A DNA stretch of 64,000 nucleotides, from NCBI GenBank assembly GCA_051294905.1, contig CM119371.1:6884001-6948000 (forward strand). The letters are read 5' to 3'. Positions 63,232 to 64,000 of this stretch are shown here, piece by piece. The DNA is from Botryllus schlosseri (lineage: Eukaryota). Position 1 is the stretch's first letter. Each line of letters begins with the position of its first letter. The notes beneath the pieces were generated by a model, which was not told the DNA's origin, did no database searches, and saw only the letters and a list, made by a program, of their open reading frames with translations. The position numbers and the translations under genes were made by a program.

Positions 63232-64000
63232 GATTGTCAATCATCCACAATAGGCTATATAGAATGATGCTATGATTATTATGATATAGTCAAGCACTGT
63301 TTTTGAAGTAAAGATGATTAGTAGAGCGATTTTTTTGACTTCAAAAAGTCAAATTTTTTTTGAGCTCTGCATTTCGTTTGTATCGTAGATTTTGCACTGT
63401 CGGTGAAGTAATCATTTGATATTTTATAGCTTGTAGCCTATTTTATAGGCCTACCGTTACAGACGGCACATTGTCTGCTGATTGTGAATCATAAATGGTT
63501 TCAAGCCAACACACTTTCAGTAATAAGCATTGGTCAGAAACGAAATTTAGTAAGTAATTTTGGGACTCCAACTCCATTAAGCGAAAAATTTGCCAAACTC
63601 TGACTCCCCAGCCCTGGTTGCAGGGAACAGATAGGACAAAGTCAGAGAGACATTGAATTTCAAACGTAACCTGAACACTAGGGATGTTAAAATTTTTTTT
63701 AATTTTTTCAAATTTTATCGGCTTAGTTGTCAAATCGCCAGGTTACTTAAAAAACGTTGCACACCAAATTTGACTCCATTCCAACCAGTAGAAGCCGAGG
63801 TCAGTCAAATTGAAATTTCGGTCATTTTTGAAATAACAGCAGAAATATATTTACCCGTATTTTACGTGCTTAATATTAGTTCATTTCCTTTTTATGGTCG
63901 TTAATTTCAGTGTGTACAGTACTCTATTTGAAAATGATATCAACGTCGTTTTAATGTGTCTATTTCAAAGAAGTGGACTAATTTCCAGCTAATCCACGTC
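63232..64000. repeat. Near-identical duplicate of 45802-46582 (5' flanks of copies 6 and 4)
   Basis: Collinear to the window end, including shared MITE fragments. Confidence 0.92.

Overview
AT-rich animal (eukaryotic) genomic DNA. The taxon cannot be fixed from the sequence; there are no prokaryotic features. The window is a tandem array of six paralogous, intronless BTB-BACK-Kelch (KLHL-type) genes, all on the minus strand and about 9-14 kb apart. Four are intact (2155-3780, 44170-45801, 52758-54398, 61600-63231). One is a nonsense plus frameshift pseudogene (16026-17653). One is split by a young 3.85-kb Foldback-type element with a 9-bp target-site duplication (TSD) (gene 30537-36016, insert 32046-35896). 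The paralogs share a conserved BTB/BACK region and beta-strand scaffold but differ sharply in the loops predicted to form the substrate-binding face of the propeller, suggesting a diversifying family of Cullin-3 substrate receptors. The spacers are homologous to each other. They contain exon-sized blocks with preserved AG/GT splice signals but broken frames (a co-duplicated 'ghost' spliced gene), many non-autonomous hAT-type MITEs with 8-bp TSDs, a decayed Buster/SPIN-like transposase fragment, minisatellites and local tandem duplications. All alignments were done by eye and no database search was possible.
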